NCBI GenBank assembly: GCA_020184695.1
Contig: JAANOX010000070.1
Coordinates: 62,001 to 126,000, forward strand
DNA from: Histomonas meleagridis 2922-C6/04-290x
Lineage: Eukaryota; Protista; Parabasalia
DNA length: 64,000 nucleotides
Direction: 5' to 3'
Position numbers and translations under genes: made by a program
Part shown: positions 11,552-23,031 of the stretch, one piece after another
Layout of the letters: the number at the start of each line of letters is the position of its first letter
Numbering within the stretch: position 1 is the stretch's first letter
The notes under the pieces: generated by a model
Databases searched by the model: none
The model's input: the letters and a program-made list of their open reading frames with translations, nothing else
Told to the model about the DNA's origin: nothing

Positions 11552-14167
11552 ATGGAAATGGAAGGCGAAGAAGTCCCTCAAGTTTACTGTTCTCTAAAAG
11601 AAATCATGGAACATGGAGAAGAATATATTGCCAAGTGCATGGCATTAGATGGGAGCACCAAATTTAAGCAATTAAGTCTATTAAATAAGCTTCGCGATAA
11701 TCTTTCTATGTTTGAGTGGTGTCTATATAATTTTCATAACATTCAACACCATGAAATTCGAGAGTATGCACTTGAAGCAGTTGTATATTTTTTAAGTATT
11801 CAAAGCAAAAGGATATCAATTATTTATTATGAACATCTTACCAATGAGTTCTTTACGGAATTACTGGAAGATGATAATTACAAACACCCTAAGTTACTTG
11901 ATCAGATCTGGAAAGGACAAATATTAATGGTTAATCTTCTTTATCCACGAATTTGGATTGACTTTTATAAAAGGGATGGACGAGGGCTATTTTCATTTCC
12001 TAGAGAACGAATTTATCATTATTTGCGTGAACTAAATTTATCAATGGAAGATCATTATTGTACAAATCGTAAACCAAAAGATGTCATTCCAGAACTTTAT
12101 AAAAACAATGTACCGAGCACTATTATTACATGGCTTGAAGATCAATATAAAGAAGATCCAGATCAAGTTTGTTCAATTCTTTCAGGCATTAAATGGATGA
12201 ATGTTGAGACACTTTTGGAATTCAAATATTTGAGTGATCTTATAGAAAATATTCTGAACCACGACGTTATCAAATTTTTCTGTAACATTTTTGAAAAAAT
12301 TAAAGATGAAGAATACATCGAACTTCGTCTTTCTTTCTTACAACAATATCCAATTCTTTCAAAAATTCAAGATCTTGTAACGAAAGTTGAATGGGTTGAT
12401 GATCTTTCAGATTTAGCTTGCACTATTTTAAGTCCATTAATTTCCAGTGAGTTTTGTACCAATTATTATGATCTTTTATTAACGTTATGTATTAAATCTC
12501 TTATAAAACGTAATTCAAACTTAATGCGTTGTATGTCATATCTTGTTAAAAAAGGGCTCATTGAAACGACCAAATTACTTGACATATTATTTGCTAAGTT
12601 ACAACAAGAATTTGATAATCCGAACAGGGGAAAAGTTGAAATTTCATTTCGTAACTTCTTTACCATTATATCATTAATACCATTTAATAAAGAAGATAAA
12701 GAAGCACGACGAAGTTTATTATTTTCGATATTTGATAATATTAATGTTAAACAAGATATGGAACGAACTTCATTAGTGTTAAAGTCATTTTATAAGATCG
12801 AAGATTTGAAAAGTTTTGAATATTCATCATTTGTTCCAATCGTTTATGATTATTTTGCATTTATATTAGATAACGATCCAATTTTTTCACCTTTTTATCA
12901 TGACTCATTAATATTTTATGGATATACAATGATTACACTTTACTTAAGTAATAGAAAAGATGAAACTAATTTACCTATTTTAAAGTTATTAGATAGAGCG
13001 TTTACATATATTAAATCATTTCCTGATGAAGATAATTCGATGCATATCTTTGTGTCTAAAATATTAAATCAATGTCGAAGATATTTAGTAAAACAATTCC
13101 AAATTATTAATATTATTTCTGATATTTATAGTTTATTAAATCCAATATTATCAAACGGATTAAAAAAAATTATTAAGATATTAACGCAAGAAAACAAATC
13201 AAATTTTTCGAATAATTTTGTTCGATTTTTGTTTAGTTTAAACCCAGAAGAATTAATGCCACAACAAATTAAAGCGATTTTAATCATCGGTAAATATATT
13301 GTTAATAATTTAATGAATCAAGAATTATTCCATTATATGATGGTCTTAAAGGATAATGTCAATGAAAATGATCGAGAATTATATCTCGAAACATTAATTA
13401 ATATCTTTGGTACAAATGCGATTACATTTCTATTGGAAAATATACCTCAACCACCAAAATTTGATGAAGAGAAAATGTATTATTCATTAGTTAAAATCAA
13501 CGATAAAATTAATATTACAGATGAAGTTATATGTAATAACATGATCCATATATTTGAAATTGTTACTGAGTATGAACAACATTTATATGATGAAATACTT
13601 AAAGGTCATCATGATAGAGATAGAGATAAAATAAAACGAGTCGCAAATCATTGTGGAAAATACTTCAAATATTACTTACAATTCTATCTAAACTATAATT
13701 TGGTGGTACCGGAAGAATTAAAATTCCATGGATTCGATTTGTTAATTCGTACATTTAAATTTTTGGATAGTCATTCAATAAATACATTATTCATGTTCTT
13801 GTTACAAAATGATGTTAACCCACGTTTCATCGATATTACTTTTAATGAAGCTTTGAATGTTTTCGTTGATGAAGTTCATAAAAATAAAAATAATAATAAT
13901 CATTATTATCATGAAAGAGGTCCGCTTAAGCAAAATAGCGAAGTCATTATGGAGTTCTTCAAACAATTGGAAGAAAGTAATACCGAACATTTCAATAAAG
14001 TGTTCGATGACTTCATGATACAGTTTGATGATGAAATAGGAAATAAGTGCAAAGAATGTTACGGTAAATATAAAGAAAAAACAAAGAAAGAAAAGAGAGA
14101 ACGTAGAAAAATGGAACAAAAAAAGATTCAGCCAATAGAAGAATCGAGCGAAGATGATGACATATAA
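11552..14167 (+). CDS. Karyopherin-beta/HEAT protein, possibly exportin-T (Los1)-like
   Basis: 871 aa helical ORF. Segments LLYPRIWIDFY and KPKDVIPE...IITWLEDQY...ILSGIKWMNVETL resemble the Xpo1 domain of exportin-T by eye; no HMM run. Confidence 0.45.
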   Translation: MEMEGEEVPQVYCSLKEIMEHGEEYIAKCMALDGSTKFKQLSLLNKLRDNLSMFEWCLYNFHNIQHHEIREYALEAVVYFLSIQSKRISIIYYEHLTNEFFTELLEDDNYKHPKLLDQIWKGQILMVNLLYPRIWIDFYKRDGRGLFSFPRERIYHYLRELNLSMEDHYCTNRKPKDVIPELYKNNVPSTIITWLEDQYKEDPDQVCSILSGIKWMNVETLLEFKYLSDLIENILNHDVIKFFCNIFEKIKDEEYIELRLSFLQQYPILSKIQDLVTKVEWVDDLSDLACTILSPLISSEFCTNYYDLLLTLCIKSLIKRNSNLMRCMSYLVKKGLIETTKLLDILFAKLQQEFDNPNRGKVEISFRNFFTIISLIPFNKEDKEARRSLLFSIFDNINVKQDMERTSLVLKSFYKIEDLKSFEYSSFVPIVYDYFAFILDNDPIFSPFYHDSLIFYGYTMITLYLSNRKDETNLPILKLLDRAFTYIKSFPDEDNSMHIFVSKILNQCRRYLVKQFQIINIISDIYSLLNPILSNGLKKIIKILTQENKSNFSNNFVRFLFSLNPEELMPQQIKAILIIGKYIVNNLMNQELFHYMMVLKDNVNENDRELYLETLINIFGTNAITFLLENIPQPPKFDEEKMYYSLVKINDKINITDEVICNNMIHIFEIVTEYEQHLYDEILKGHHDRDRDKIKRVANHCGKYFKYYLQFYLNYNLVVPEELKFHGFDLLIRTFKFLDSHSINTLFMFLLQNDVNPRFIDITFNEALNVFVDEVHKNKNNNNHYYHERGPLKQNSEVIMEFFKQLEESNTEHFNKVFDDFMIQFDDEIGNKCKECYGKYKEKTKKEKRERRKMEQKKIQPIEESSEDDDI

Positions 14168-14230
14168 ATAAATATTTTTCTCTTGTTCACTTTGATTTAT
14201 GAGATGTGTGTGTTTTAAAATTGACGATTT

Positions 14231-16925
14231 AAAGAACAAGAAACATATAAAATTAAGAGCTTAATTCCAATATTTTCACAAATTCTTTATAATAAACAAT
14301 CACAAGAATCGAATTTTCTTCTTGAAATGCTAATTGAAAATAATATAGTTTCACCAAATATTGCTATACATAAACGCAATTTATATTTAATACATTATGT
14401 TAGTCCTTCAGAGTTTGAAAAGCTTCTGATGAAACCTTATGGCAAATATAACAAGCACACAATACATAATTTTTTAAAAGAAATTCAGAATACCTTTAAA
14501 AATTATGATAATCCTTTTAATAATCAAATAAAATATAAAAGACATACCGAATTAATTTGCCAAGGAATAAATCAATCAAACATTGCGATTTCTATTCGTA
14601 ATGATGATATTGAAACATTACAAAAAATTTTAAAACAAACATGTTTTGATTATGATCAAAAGATTAAGCCATCCATATATGAAAAAATCACATTTATTAA
14701 TCAGGAAAATGTTTCATTAATTGATTATGCAGCATTTTTTTCTGCAGTTAAATGTTTTCGATTTTTATATTCAAATCATGCAAAATTAGAAAATACATTT
14801 AAATATGCAATTGCAGGTGGGAATCTTGAAATTATACATTTATGCGAACAAAATCAGTCATCATTTGAAGATGCATATGAAACAGCAATTATGTTTCATC
14901 GAAATGAAATTTTTTTAAATATTTTTTTATGAAAACAAAATTAATGAAATCAAAGATATCTCTAAACTTGCAAAGAAATGTATTAAATGTAGTAATTATC
15001 AAATTTTTTCTTATTTAAAGAAAAATAAAATGGAAATTGATGATAATATTATATAAAAAAAAAAAAAAATCGGAAATATGATTCTTATCGATCAATTTCT
15101 TAGAGAAAGTAAAATTCCAGATTATATTTTAATATATTCAGTTATTTCAAATAACATTGAACTAATTACAGGTATACTTGAAAAAAGTGATATATTTGTT
15201 AATATTGAAGATATTTGTTGACATTATTTAATGATATTTTATATGATTTAAAGTTTATTTATACTAAATGGAATTTAATTTTCTAATTTAGAATACCTCT
15301 TATTTATGCAGTAAAGAATAATTTGATAGATGTCGTTCAGTTACTTCTTAGATACAACAAAATTAATGTAAATTTTTATGATTTTTATATGTTTTGTGTA
15401 ATGTTTTGCTTTGAAATTTTATTTTTCATTTCTAAATTTAGAATTTTAAAACATTGTAGAACACCACTTATATGGGCATGTATGAAAAATCACATCAAGA
15501 TTGCACAATTACTTCTTGAAAATTAAATTTATTTTGCACATCAGCAGCCAGAATTATATTTAGAATTGATATTAATATTAATGCAAAAAATATTTGCTTG
15601 TTTTGTTTGAAATCTGTTTTAATAATTTGAATTTTTAAAATAATATTTGGGAACTTATCAAAACATTTAATACACCACTTATATTTGCATCTTACAGTGG
15701 ACACATAGAAATCGTTAAATCACTTCTTGAACATAAAGGAATTGAAATAAATGCTCAAAAATTTAGTTTTCATTATTTGATATTTCCTTCAAAAATTTTA
15801 TATTTCAAAGTTACATTTGGAAATTACATTTCTAATTTTGGACTGCACTTATGGTCGCATCTGCAAATAACCATTTAGAAATCGTAAAATTACTTCTTGA
15901 ACAAAAAGGAATTGATATAAATATTAAAAGCGTTTTTAAGAATTTTTTTCAACATTCAAATTCAAAATTTGATGTTTTAAAAAAAAATTTGGAAATTATT
16001 TTTCGAATTTTTAACTGCACTTATTTGTGCATCCATTGAAAATCAAACAGAAACAGTAAAATTACTACTCGAACAAGAAGAAATTGATATCAATCATAAA
16101 GACATTTAATTATTTGTTATAATTTTTTACTAAATAATTTTGTAATTTAAACTAATATTTGGAAATTATTTAATATTTTTAGAACTGCACTTACTATTGC
16201 ATCTTCAAAAAATTGGATAAAAATAGCCGAAGTTCTTATCGAACAAAAAGGAATTGATATCAATTGTAAAGATATTTTTTTAGTTAATTTAATTTTTTAT
16301 AAAAAAATTCGAAATTTCAAAAAAATGTGTGGTAATTATATCATTTATTTGCGACTGCACTTACGATTGCATCATCACAAAATAATAAACAAATAGTTAA
16401 AATGTTGCTCAGACAAGAAAGAATTGATGTTAATGCCAAGGATATTTTATGAGTATTTAAAATGTTTCACAAAAAAGTTTTATGTCTTAAAAAAATATAT
16501 GGAATTTTTCATAAATATTATATACAGCACTTATTATATCAGTTATAAATGGATATATTAAAATTGTTGAATTACTTCTTAAAGACAAAAGAATTAATGT
16601 CAATATAACAGATTTTTTTATTTGCTTCATTATCAGTCAATTTTTATTAATTAATGTTTAAGAATAATACTTGGCAATTCTTTATATTAATTCAAACACC
16701 ACTCATGATAGCTACAATGAATAATTATACTGAAATTGTTAAACTATTACTTAATCATAAGGATATTGATCAATATATCGAAAATGTATATTTATAACAT
16801 TTAATGTATTTTTAGAATAATTGATGTTTCAATATATTAATTGGATTTTATTTCATCTTTTTCAAACAGCACTTAATATTGCGATAAGAAATGGATTAGA
16901 ATTTATATCAGAATTATTAATGTAG
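14231..16925 (+). pseudogene. DUF3447-ankyrin gene A1, 5'-truncated and internally deleted copy
   Basis: SIYE..LIDYAAFFSAVKCF..AIAGGNLEIIH motif followed by spacer-interrupted ankyrin repeats; lacks the first ~80 codons seen at 55101. Confidence 0.75.
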
Positions 16926-17983
16926 AATATGAATAAAAGATTTCTTGATTAAGCATTGTTACAAAAAGAAAAAAATTCAAATTAGATGTTATTATAATCC
17001 AAATTTTTTCTTTCAAATAAGCTGTATATCTAAGAATATAAATATAGCATTAAATAGACATTTTGGGAAAGATCATTTGATATTCTTTCACCTTGTTTAG
17101 GGTAAAAATGGAGCAAGAAGAAGGGACCATTCAATATCTCTCCAATCTCCAAGAACTCTTAACAAACCTCGAAGAAGGCAATCTAGATGACACAATTGAA
17201 ACGCTAATGAAAATGTATTCAAAAGAATTTCCCTTATCTTTTGATTCTGTTCTTGCAAGATTGATTACATGGTTACTTTACACTGAATTTCGTACACCAA
17301 AATATCACGTTTATGCATTGTTTTTCAAAAAATTCAGTGAATTAGGAAAGCCCAATGACAAACTATTTATTTGCATGATGCAATATACAGTATGAAAGAT
17401 TTGATCTTATTTTGTATGCAGCATTTTTATGGGTCAGTTAAATGTTTTAACTATTTGTTATCGAAAAGGAGCGAGCATTTATTACCAAAAAAAGGTGTGC
17501 AGTCATCGGAGGCAACATAGATATATTTCATAACATTGTGAATTATGTGGAATATAAAAAGATATCTATGAGGATGTGCTTAAATGTCTTCGATGTGGAC
17601 GCTTTCATTATTTATAGAAAAAGTCTCCTGATGACATCCGCCATTTTTATGGTGAAGCGGTAACCGCATGCATTCGACACGACAGCTATGAAATTCTTTC
17701 TTTTTTGGAATCATTTGGTTATTCGATGTATTCTCACTCATTTTTTTATGTATCGTTTGATAAAGGTAATGTATTTATTTTTAAATATTTCCAAAAGTTT
17801 GGAATACCACCATCAGATTCATTATATAAAGCTGCGCAGGCAAGAAATATAGAAATGTCTCGTTACGTTGTCAAGCAGCCAGGCGTTAATGTGAATGAAG
17901 TCCATAATGTTTTGAAGTTTTCATTTTATGTTTGAGACAGCACTTCACCATGCAATTGAATATAATAACTTTGAAGTATTAAA
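14231..17983 (+). repeat. Inverted duplication arm A (left copy)
   Basis: Reverse complement of 54858-49116, starting at AAAGAACAAGAAACATAT; lacks three internal blocks present in the right copy. Confidence 0.95.
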
Positions 17984-18626
17984 ATTTTTGGTTACACAAA
18001 AGGAAGTTGATTGTAATGTGTCTACTGTTTTTTAGTGCTATTTAACTTCGTTTGGTACTCCATTCAATTTCGCGCTTAGAGGTAAAAAAGAATTCGTTGA
18101 TTTCCTTTTACATTGTAATCGAATTGATGTATTGAAAGGTAATATTTCTTTATAGAATATAAAATTTGTTTTGTGCTTTTTTTGGCGTATTTTAATGTTA
18201 TTTAGCACACCACTTCATACTGCTGCTGAATATGGTTATTTGGATATAGTTAAATATCTTGTTGAAAAAGGTGCAGATATAAATGCATATGATACTTACT
18301 TTCATTTTTTGTATTTCTTATTTCATTGCAATATTTAAATTTTGTTTTGATTTCGTGAAACACCACTTATAATGGCATATAGAAATGGTCACGCTGAAGT
18401 AGTTAAATATCTTCTTCAACAATATGGAATAAAACCATATGTAAAAGATGTTAATTTATTGGTTTCTCAGTTTGTTCTGATGATTTCATGTTTTTTATGA
18501 ATTTTTGGTATTCCTTTGTATGATTTAAAACAATATTCGATCATGAAAAGACAAATTATCATGGTCTTAAATGAATATCTTTCTGCTCATAAAGGCGATA
18601 GCAAAATCAAATGCAACAATTCATAA
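17108..18626 (+). pseudogene. DUF3447-ankyrin gene A2 with spacer-interrupted repeats
   Basis: MEQEEGTIQ..., LILYAAFYGSVKCF, AVIGGN, then 5 repeats split by 31/30/66/66/60-nt spacers. A frameshift near 17395 is shared by both copies. Confidence 0.65.
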
Positions 18627-19157
18627 AAATTGATGATAAACATTTTTTTTTTTAATTTCTGATTTATGTGGATGTTAATATTTCACTTATAATATTAATG
18701 TTAAAAATTTTTATCGATTTTTAATGCAAAATTCATTCTAATATATTAAGTATTAATGATTAAACAAAATAGAAGATACACCTTAAACTTAGCTTACACT
18801 TAAAGGAACAAATAATTTAATCTTAAAAATAAAATTATGGAAAATAATTGAAGTATGCAATAAAAAACTTATGACATTTGCAAATGTAATAATTTCAATA
18901 CTTTATGTCATAAAATCTTTGTTCAATTTTTTCAATGAATAATTATCGTTATAAAATATAAAATGATATAACAAATACAATTGCTGGTTAATGAAGAGAT
19001 CCTCTTTCTTATTCACGTACGACATAAAAAATGTTTCGAAATTTCATTTGTTGATCAGTTAATGATCTGAAATTTGTTATATAAATCAATGAAATTTGAT
19101 CGTCAATGTTTTCAAAAGTTTTTGATCAGCCGACACTTTTATAACTGGTCAGTTGCG

Positions 19158-21035
19158 ATGGAACCTACAGATATTGCCCAATTACTTATCAACGTCGTCG
19201 AAAGTCGTATATTATCACTTGAGACAGAGATATTGTTATTTGATGAGCAAATCTCATTGGTTGCAGCAGCTCCGGGGATCAAGTCAAATGATCGCATTCA
19301 GTTAACACTCCAGCGGAACATCAAAGCCACTTTGCACACTCTTCTTAAGTACTACTGCAAACGGATGCGGAAACTATGCACTTCATCGGTACCTTTTCAG
19401 CAAGCGATATCATTTCATTTATTTGTTCTCCAACGGAACAAGTTCAAAATCCTTCTCCAAGAGCTCTATGGGCAGCAGTCGGCTCTGACCACGTTAGTTG
19501 GCGCTGATTATCAGCGATATACAAATGACAATGATGTTCCAGCAGATATCCATCTCAAAATGATAGCGTTAGTTTTCCCGTACGAATTTGTTGTTGATCT
19601 CTTAAGTAGCTCCGACTTCATGCGGTCATTGATCAAGACAGCGTTGAAGTATGAATGTCGACATCACGTCCAATCGATATCAGTCATCTTTAACTTGATC
19701 CGAAGGTTCAAGACGCTGGACTCGTTATCGCATAATGTGCATTTCTTCACAGCGAAGAATCCGATGTATTTCACATTAGCGGAACATTTTGTTTGTGTAT
19801 TTGTCCGCAACAAAATGTTTCAGTCCGATTGGGCGCCATTACGTAATTTTTCGACTGCAGAAAAATGCGCATTAATAACTATCAGTGGTACATCGACATG
19901 TGGCCTAAGTCCAAAACTTATCGATAAACTTAAAGCAGCTGCACGTGAAAAGACAATTGTTGACGACGATTTATACTTAAGACCTTATGAACGAACAATC
20001 GAAATTACGACTTCTGAAGAAATGGAAATACCAGAGCTGAAACATATTATATTAGAGCTAAGGAAAATGCAAGTTCAACCGACGCCTTCAGCTATGTTAT
20101 ATATATTATCGAATGCGTTACAATGGTTAAACTCCGCATTAACTTCAGATGGTAATTTAATTGGCGCTGATGAAACTTTCCAATTCTTCGTCTATTGTTT
20201 GGCATTATCTAAGTTATGGTGTTTACCAGGAATCGTTTCATTCATTGATCATTTCGTAGATGATGCACTTAGGGAAACTAAATTCGAATATTATATCGAG
20301 CAATTAAGATCTGGTTTAGAGTTCATTGATAATCGATTATTACCTGTACAACCTTTTATAGTTTTCCCTTTTATTACTTTGAATAATAGATTAAGAGAAA
20401 TAATTCAACCAATTGATAACGGTAAATTAACTTTAAAAGGGTTCGCATTATATGCTTTCCCTTCTTGGAACTCTTGTTCAGAAGAATTATTCCCTGCAAT
20501 GATTAGATATGAAGGTTCGAATGAAGTTGTTAAATGTTATAAATATCATGTGAAAGACGTGGCAAAACTTGTGCCGAATTCAAAGTTTAAATTCGAAACA
20601 ATTCCAACTTTACAAGGTTCGTTCTTACAATTAACAGATAAAATATTGGATGAACAATGTATGATTAAAATAGAGTCCGGAGATTATGAAAAGGAAATTG
20701 GTAGAATTAATACTATTTCTTGTTTGCTGCTTTTTAATCCGACTTTAATACAAAGGCCTTCTTTGGATATGATTAATAAGTTATACTTTAAAAATAGAAA
20801 GTTTTGGAATATGAAATCTGATGACCCTTTAACAGGTGTACAATCTTTAATTATAGAGGTACAAAAGGCACTCGTAAAATGCGGTTTTAATGACTTGGAG
20901 GTTAATGGCATTTTAAATAGAAAAACTGCTAATGCAATTCGTCATTTCTTTGGTGCTGATTCTAAAAGATTAGTGTTGACACCAAAATTATTTAAAATTT
21001 TAATTGAAACATCAAAAAAACATCAAATTAAATAG
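19158..21035 (+). CDS. VPS9-domain protein (putative Rab5-family GEF)
   Basis: LQWLNSAL...IGADETFQFFVYCL matches the VPS9 GAD motif. ATG 19158 follows an Inr-like TCAGTT; the track ORF starts at TTG 19074. Confidence 0.7.
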   Translation: MEPTDIAQLLINVVESRILSLETEILLFDEQISLVAAAPGIKSNDRIQLTLQRNIKATLHTLLKYYCKRMRKLCTSSVPFQQAISFHLFVLQRNKFKILLQELYGQQSALTTLVGADYQRYTNDNDVPADIHLKMIALVFPYEFVVDLLSSSDFMRSLIKTALKYECRHHVQSISVIFNLIRRFKTLDSLSHNVHFFTAKNPMYFTLAEHFVCVFVRNKMFQSDWAPLRNFSTAEKCALITISGTSTCGLSPKLIDKLKAAAREKTIVDDDLYLRPYERTIEITTSEEMEIPELKHIILELRKMQVQPTPSAMLYILSNALQWLNSALTSDGNLIGADETFQFFVYCLALSKLWCLPGIVSFIDHFVDDALRETKFEYYIEQLRSGLEFIDNRLLPVQPFIVFPFITLNNRLREIIQPIDNGKLTLKGFALYAFPSWNSCSEELFPAMIRYEGSNEVVKCYKYHVKDVAKLVPNSKFKFETIPTLQGSFLQLTDKILDEQCMIKIESGDYEKEIGRINTISCLLLFNPTLIQRPSLDMINKLYFKNRKFWNMKSDDPLTGVQSLIIEVQKALVKCGFNDLEVNGILNRKTANAIRHFFGADSKRLVLTPKLFKILIETSKKHQIK

Positions 21036-21312
21036 TTTATATGTGACGATAAAAAGCACTTTTTGGATAAAGCAGTAATAATTGGAAACCGTTAAAAGCA
21101 AATAATGTATTTTACAGGCGTTTGCTTTGAAAGATTATGATGACATATAATGTTCATTGATTAGTTTTTCATTTGTTTTATATAATAATTCTTATTAAAT
21201 GTTTTTTGCGCAAAAAATATTTTTTTTTTTTGATTTTGAATATGCCATTGAACTTTTTGAATCTAATTCAATCAATTTTGAATAATAGCCGATATGTAAC
21301 CGTTTACTCCAA

Positions 21313-21867
21313 ATGTCAAGAACTAAGAGACTATCAAAAAATCAAACAAAAGAGCAAGCAAATAAGCATCTTTACAATCCGAAAACTATCCATGAAGCAT
21401 GTCGCGACGGAGATATCAGAGCAGTTCAATATTTAATTGAAAAAGATAATCTCATTAAAAATGTGAAAGATATCGATGGAAATACACCATTTCACATAGC
21501 ATGCGCAAATGGTCAACTTGATGTTGTAAAATATCTCATAGAAAAATGTGTTAATTGTGAAACAAGAAACAATAATGGAGATACAGCATTTATTCTTTCA
21601 TGCAAAGCAAGAAATCTTTTTGTTATTAAATATCTTTATGAGCACACGTTTGTTGATCTTAACGCTCAAAACAAAGTAGGGAATACAGCGCTTCATGAAG
21701 CATATTTAACTGAAAATCTCCATGTTGTTCAATATCTAATTGAGCAAATACATATGAACACAAAGATTAAAAATGCAGATGGATACACACCATTTGATTT
21801 AGCGTGTATAAATGGTTCCCCTACTGTTGTAGATTATTTCATGAAAAATGGTTTACAATATCGCTAA
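21313..21867 (+). CDS. Uninterrupted ankyrin repeat protein
   Basis: Canonical hairpins KDIDGNTPF, RNNNGDTAF, QNKVGNTAL, KNADGYTPF; no spacers. Confidence 0.9.
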   Translation: MSRTKRLSKNQTKEQANKHLYNPKTIHEACRDGDIRAVQYLIEKDNLIKNVKDIDGNTPFHIACANGQLDVVKYLIEKCVNCETRNNNGDTAFILSCKARNLFVIKYLYEHTFVDLNAQNKVGNTALHEAYLTENLHVVQYLIEQIHMNTKIKNADGYTPFDLACINGSPTVVDYFMKNGLQYR

Positions 21868-22603
21868 TTATTTTATCTATAAACATATTCTGTAATATTT
21901 ATATTTGGAAAATAAAGATATCTCACAGAAATAAGTTTCATTGAAAAAAAATTTGGGTATATGATTAGAATGTGCAGATTAAGAATTAAATAATTTTCGA
22001 GTCATTTTGATTAGATACATGTATAACTGAATGCTGTTGTAGTTTGTTTCCTCAAGTTTACGTTTGTTTGATGATGAGCGTTACTTCCGTATCTTTTCAT
22101 GAAAATTTGCAAAACAAATTTCTTTTCACCATAATAAATGATTAACAAAAACAGAAAAATATTTTATAACATTTCTTTATATATTATTACAGTGTTAAAT
22201 CCATTGGTCCTCATCTTCATCTATCAAACCATTAAATTCATTGATCACATCTTCGTGATTTCCTCCCATATTTAATGATATATTATTTACACTTGACAAC
22301 GATTTTGTTTTCGTTGTTTCTTTCTTATTTCTCTTGAACATTAATATTACAATTCCATTAATAATTAAATTTTATATTTGTTTTTACTATAAAATGTAAT
22401 CGAATACGTTCGATAATAGATAATGACTGAGTTAAAGTGAATGAATGCGTCAAAAATAAAATATCTCTATGCAATTTAAATGTATATTCGAGAATAGGAT
22501 AAATTTTTAATACAAAGAGCAGTAGTAACCATAAAAAAAACTCAAAATAAAATGATATTAACAATATGATTCCAAATCTCATTACCAAAAAAAGAAAAAA
22601 TTT

Positions 22604-22675
22604 TGAGGCCGAAGGGACTCGAACCCCCAACCTTGAGATCTGGAGTCTCACGCAATGCCATTATGCTACAGCCCC
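22604..22675 (-). tRNA. trnW: tRNA-Trp (CCA), intronless
   Basis: GGGGCTG/CGGCCTC acceptor stem, TGAGA-CTCCAGA-TCTCA anticodon arm, GGTTCGAGTCC T-loop; 72 nt. Confidence 0.95.
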
Positions 22676-23031
22676 TGCATTATCTTAAATATAATGGATA
22701 GATACATTGATCAAAAACTAATTCTCATATATTTTTGATATTTGATTAAGCATAATATATCTTATCATTAATAAAGTAGAAGCACCAAAATAAAAGATAT
22801 AACGAGGGTCAAACTGTGTAACTTTATAATATCTCACAAGCTATTTTAACATTTCATCCCAAAATGTAAAAGTACCTGATGAAGCAATTCGCATAACTGA
22901 CTCAATCCTTAGATGAACCCATCTTGATAATATTTTTTGATACTCAAGTTAACAAGAGATTTGTTCGTTTTAACAAAATCAAACACCCTTTACCACTTTT
23001 TGAAAGTGCTACAATATTTAAAAATTATTAA

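Noticed and set aside
16786-16865. Spacers as ordinary GT-AG introns
   Set aside because: Only a minority start with GT or have AG near the end, rarely both, and no ACTAAC branch motif is present.
15213-16925. CRISPR-like array (regular repeat-spacer period)
   Set aside because: The repeats are divergent 90-nt coding modules, the context is eukaryotic and there are no cas genes.
22604-22675. tRNA-Trp as a UGA suppressor
   Set aside because: Normal CCA anticodon and a full 5-bp anticodon stem.
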